From NCBI GenBank assembly GCA_036511155.1, contig DATCCR010000245.1, positions 1-36,697 on the forward strand: DNA of 36,697 nucleotides, read 5' to 3'. The position numbers and the translations under genes are program-made. The notes under the pieces are model-generated. The model searched no databases. It had not been told where the DNA came from and saw only the letters and a program-made list of their open reading frames with translations. Positions 34,228 to 36,697 of the stretch are shown here, piece by piece. How positions within the stretch are numbered: the first letter of the stretch is position 1; each line of letters starts with the position of its first letter. This DNA is from Acidimicrobiales bacterium (GTDB taxonomy: Bacteria; Actinomycetota; Acidimicrobiia; Acidimicrobiales; RAAP-2).

Positions 34228-34263
34228 GTCACTCGTGGTCCATGTCACTCGTGGTCCATGTCA
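34216..34263 (-). repeat. 16-nt tandem repeat x3; on the minus strand each unit reads TGA-C-ATG-GAC-CAC-GAG (a stop-start cassette)
   Basis: Read directly. Plus-strand CAT occurs at 34225, 34241 and 34257. Plus-strand TCA occurs at 34229, 34245 and 34261. The period is exactly 16 nt. Confidence 0.95.
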
Positions 34264-36697
34264 GATGATCCCGGCGACCGGTGCGGGGGGCTGCGACACG
34301 GCACCGAGGAACGGGGCGTCGCCGAAGGCGAACACGCCGCCGTCGGCCCCGACCATCCAGTAGCCCTTGCCGTCGCCCGTCGGGGCCATGCCGACGATGG
34401 GCGCCCCGAGGTTCACGTAGCGGAGGCTTCCCTCGAATGCGGCATCGCCGAAGGGGAACACGGCGCCGTGGCGGGTGACCATCCAGTACCCGCCGCCGTC
34501 GCCGGTAGCCGCCAGGCCGACCACGGGGTCGAGCGTGATCCGTCCGCCCGTCGAGCCGTGGAAAGCGGCGTCGCCGTAGGCGAACACGCCACCGTCGGCG
34601 GCCACCAGCCAGTAGCCCCGGCCGTCCGACGGCGTGGCCATGCCGACGATGGGCTGGGACAGGGAGATGGCCCCGGTCGAGCCGTAGAAGCCGGCGTCGC
34701 CGAAGGCGAAGATGCCGCCGTCGGAGGCGACCTCCCAGTAGCCGAGACCGTCCGGGGTGGGCGCCAGGCCCACGATCGGCCGGTTGAGCTGCTTGCCCCC
34801 CATGGAGCCCTCGAAGCTGGCCGCGCCGAAGGCGAAGATGCCGCCGTCGGAGGCGACCATCCAGTAGCCGTCGTGCAGCGGCGTGTAGGCCGCCCCCACC
34901 ACCGGGGCGACCAGCGGCTTGCCGGTCATCGACCCGAAGAAGGCGTTGGTCGTCCCATGGGCCGACGGCACCGACCCCATCGGCCAGATCGAGCCGTCAG
35001 CACCGAACACCGCGTACCCCGACGACGGGCCGACGAGCGCCAGGGCGGCCGGCGGGCCGGCCACGAACGTGTAGTTGGCGGCGTGGAGGGTGCCCGGGGT
35101 GCACGTGATGTCGTAGCTGCCCTGGAACGACGTGGCCGATGCGGTGGACGTGCAGGCGGCGGCGCCGGTGACGACGGACGCCCCGTCGGAATCGACGAAG
35201 CCGGTCAGGTGGTAGGTCAGAGCGGGCAGGGCCGAGCCCACGGTGCCGCTCTGCGGGTCGGGCACGACGGTCAGGACCGCCGGTGCCACGTCGAACGTCG
35301 TCGTGGCCGAGGCCGGGTAGTAGAAGAACGACCCGGCCTGGCTCGAGGTCACCGTGCACGGCCCGGCCCCGATCAGGAACAGTCGGACCAGCGCGCCGGT
35401 GCACGAACCCTGGGCGGCGTTGGTCACGCCGAGGCCGGAGTCGACCGTCGGGGCGATGTTGACCGACTGGTCGCCGTAGGTGACCGGCGGCAGGCTCGGG
35501 TAGGTGATCGACTGCTGGGCCCGGGTCACCAGGAAGGCGGCCGAGCCGTCCGGACCCGAGAACAGCCCGGTGGCCAGCGTGCCCGGCGCCAAGGTGGTCA
35601 TGGCCGCCGGGGCCGCGGCGTTGACGCCGGGGGTGCCGTCGCCCAGCTGGCCGAAGTAGTCGCCGCCCCACATCCACGGCACGCCGTTGGAGGTCAGCGC
35701 GTACGACGCCGTCTGCCCGGCCGAGATCTGTACGAAGGTGGTGGTCGGCGGCAGGCCGAGGGGCTGGACGGGCACACTGCTGTCGACGGGCAGGGTGGCC
35801 ACCAGGGCCGACGACAGCTGGCCGAAGACGTCCGACCCCCAGGCGAAGACGAGGCCCGAGGTGGTCAGGGCCAGACTGTGGGACCCGCCGGCGGCGACCG
35901 ACGCCACCGGGGCCCCGGCCGGCATCGAGACCTGCTGCGGGGTGGCGGCGTCGGCGGTGGTGCCGGTACCGAGCTGACCCGAGGCGTCGAACCCCCAGGA
36001 GTAGACGCTGCCGTCGGCGGCCACGGCCAGGCTGTGGGCGGTGCCGGCGGCCAGAGCGGAGAAGGTGACCCCGGCGGGCGCGGCGACGGGGGTCGGGGTC
36101 GTGCGGCTCGTGGTCGTGCCGTCTCCGAGTTGGCCGCGGGTGTTCGCTCCCCAGGCGTAGACCTGGCCGGTCGAGGTGAGGGCCAGGCTGTGATCGCCGC
36201 CGGCCGCTATGGCCGTGAAGGTCACGCCGGCGGGCGCGGTGACGGGAGTGGGCACGTCCACCGGGATGGTCGTGCCGTTCCCGAGCTGGCCGAACAGGTC
36301 GGCACCCCAGGCGTAGACCTGGCCGGTCGAGGTCAGGGCCAGGGCGTGGGCGCCGCCGGCCGCCACCGCGGTGACCACGACGGGTGGACCTCCCGATGGC
36401 GTCGCCACGTCGACCGGCACCGGCGCCGTCGACCCCACCTTCGCCCCGTCACCCAGCTGGCCGAGCGAGCCCGCGCCCCACGAGTACACCCGGCCCGACG
36501 TGGTGAGCCCGACGCTGAACGCGCCCCCGGTGGCCATCGTCGCGAAGCTCTGGCCGACGGGCGCCGTCACCTGGACGGGGAGGGTCACCCCGGTGGCCGA
36601 CCCGCCACCCAGGACGCCGTTGCCCACCTGGCCGGCGTCGTTGCCACCCCATCCGTAGAGCGCCCGGGACGGCAGCGTGGGGGCGGCGAGCAGTCGG
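34261..36697 (-). CDS. large multi-domain protein (5' end outside the window): RCC1-type beta-propeller repeats + MBG-like Ig domains + six C-terminal GYW-type repeats
   Basis: ORF 34261..36627 continues without a stop to the window edge, where the upstream codons read ...SRALYGWGGNDAGQVGNG. At least 6 RCC1 repeats are present (GQVYAWGA..FGQLGNGT, HSLALTS). The MBG-like segment is LPALTYHLTGFVDSDGASVVTGAAACTSTAS..SFQGSYDITCTPGTLHAANYTF. The last part holds six repeats of about 41 aa with the consensus GYWxVxxDGGxFxFGDAxFxGSxxxxxLxxPIVGxAxTxDG. Confidence 0.85.
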   Translation of the reverse strand, partial: RLLAAPTLPSRALYGWGGNDAGQVGNGVLGGGSATGVTLPVQVTAPVGQSFATMATGGAFSVGLTTSGRVYSWGAGSLGQLGDGAKVGSTAPVPVDVATPSGGPPVVVTAVAAGGAHALALTSTGQVYAWGADLFGQLGNGTTIPVDVPTPVTAPAGVTFTAIAAGGDHSLALTSTGQVYAWGANTRGQLGDGTTTSRTTPTPVAAPAGVTFSALAAGTAHSLAVAADGSVYSWGFDASGQLGTGTTADAATPQQVSMPAGAPVASVAAGGSHSLALTTSGLVFAWGSDVFGQLSSALVATLPVDSSVPVQPLGLPPTTTFVQISAGQTASYALTSNGVPWMWGGDYFGQLGDGTPGVNAAAPAAMTTLAPGTLATGLFSGPDGSAAFLVTRAQQSITYPSLPPVTYGDQSVNIAPTVDSGLGVTNAAQGSCTGALVRLFLIGAGPCTVTSSQAGSFFYYPASATTTFDVAPAVLTVVPDPQSGTVGSALPALTYHLTGFVDSDGASVVTGAAACTSTASATSFQGSYDITCTPGTLHAANYTFVAGPPAALALVGPSSGYAVFGADGSIWPMGSVPSAHGTTNAFFGSMTGKPLVAPVVGAAYTPLHDGYWMVASDGGIFAFGAASFEGSMGGKQLNRPIVGLAPTPDGLGYWEVASDGGIFAFGDAGFYGSTGAISLSQPIVGMATPSDGRGYWLVAADGGVFAYGDAAFHGSTGGRITLDPVVGLAATGDGGGYWMVTRHGAVFPFGDAAFEGSLRYVNLGAPIVGMAPTGDGKGYWMVGADGGVFAFGDAPFLGAVSQPPAPVAGII

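Noticed and set aside
32434-34263. Short perfect tandem repeats considered as a possible CRISPR array.
   Set aside because: The units are directly abutting, at 16 or 11 nt with no spacers. There are only 2-3 copies, no cas genes, and the repeats lie within or between coding regions.

Overview
This window is high-GC DNA (roughly 70% by eye, not computed). I take it to be a chromosomal segment of an Actinomycetota genome, because it carries an F420/LLM enzyme, a mycothiol-type DinB/TIGR03084 protein, a DUF222-HNH 13E12-type gene, an ABC-F EttA and a DnaQ-Cho fusion. A finer lineage cannot be called by eye. I support about 35 protein-coding genes and found no rRNA, tRNA or CRISPR array. Core genes include ettA, trpD, an acyl-CoA dehydrogenase, a threonine-aldolase-like PLP enzyme, an S1C protease and a DEDD-exonuclease/GIY-YIG (Cho-like) fusion. 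There are three accessory-looking parts. (1) 2.6-6.1 kb is a lower-GC island of small orphan genes: VOC, an atypical cold-shock-domain protein, an Imm32-like protein and several hypotheticals. It also carries a recurring 18-nt motif and leaderless-type promoter geometry. (2) 13.7-18.9 kb holds a DUF222-HNH gene whose last 153 nt recur almost identically 3.7 kb downstream. The two copies bracket lower-GC cargo (methyltransferase, HxlR regulator, HTH protein), a second degraded HNH remnant and a 680-nt ORF-free structured stretch. (3) 25.3-32.1 kb is a divergent polysaccharide-synthase-like locus and my best candidate for an undescribed system. It contains a multi-TM processive GT2, a canonical Cys-type sulfatase-fold protein, and a paralog whose catalytic motif is changed (CLPSR to TQPSH) and which is fused through one TM helix to an HlyD-type adaptor. 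Downstream lies an operon of a partial RCC1/MBG/propeller protein, a GH26 glycanase and a GNAT gene. It is punctuated by three short tandem repeats whose unit lengths are not multiples of 3: 16-nt stop-start cassettes, a 16-nt x3 repeat, and an 11-nt x2 repeat that splits the GNAT frame. G-quadruplex-type microsatellites sit at two gene 3' ends. All calls come from reading the sequence and the ORF track, with no searches run. Start codons are my best choices.
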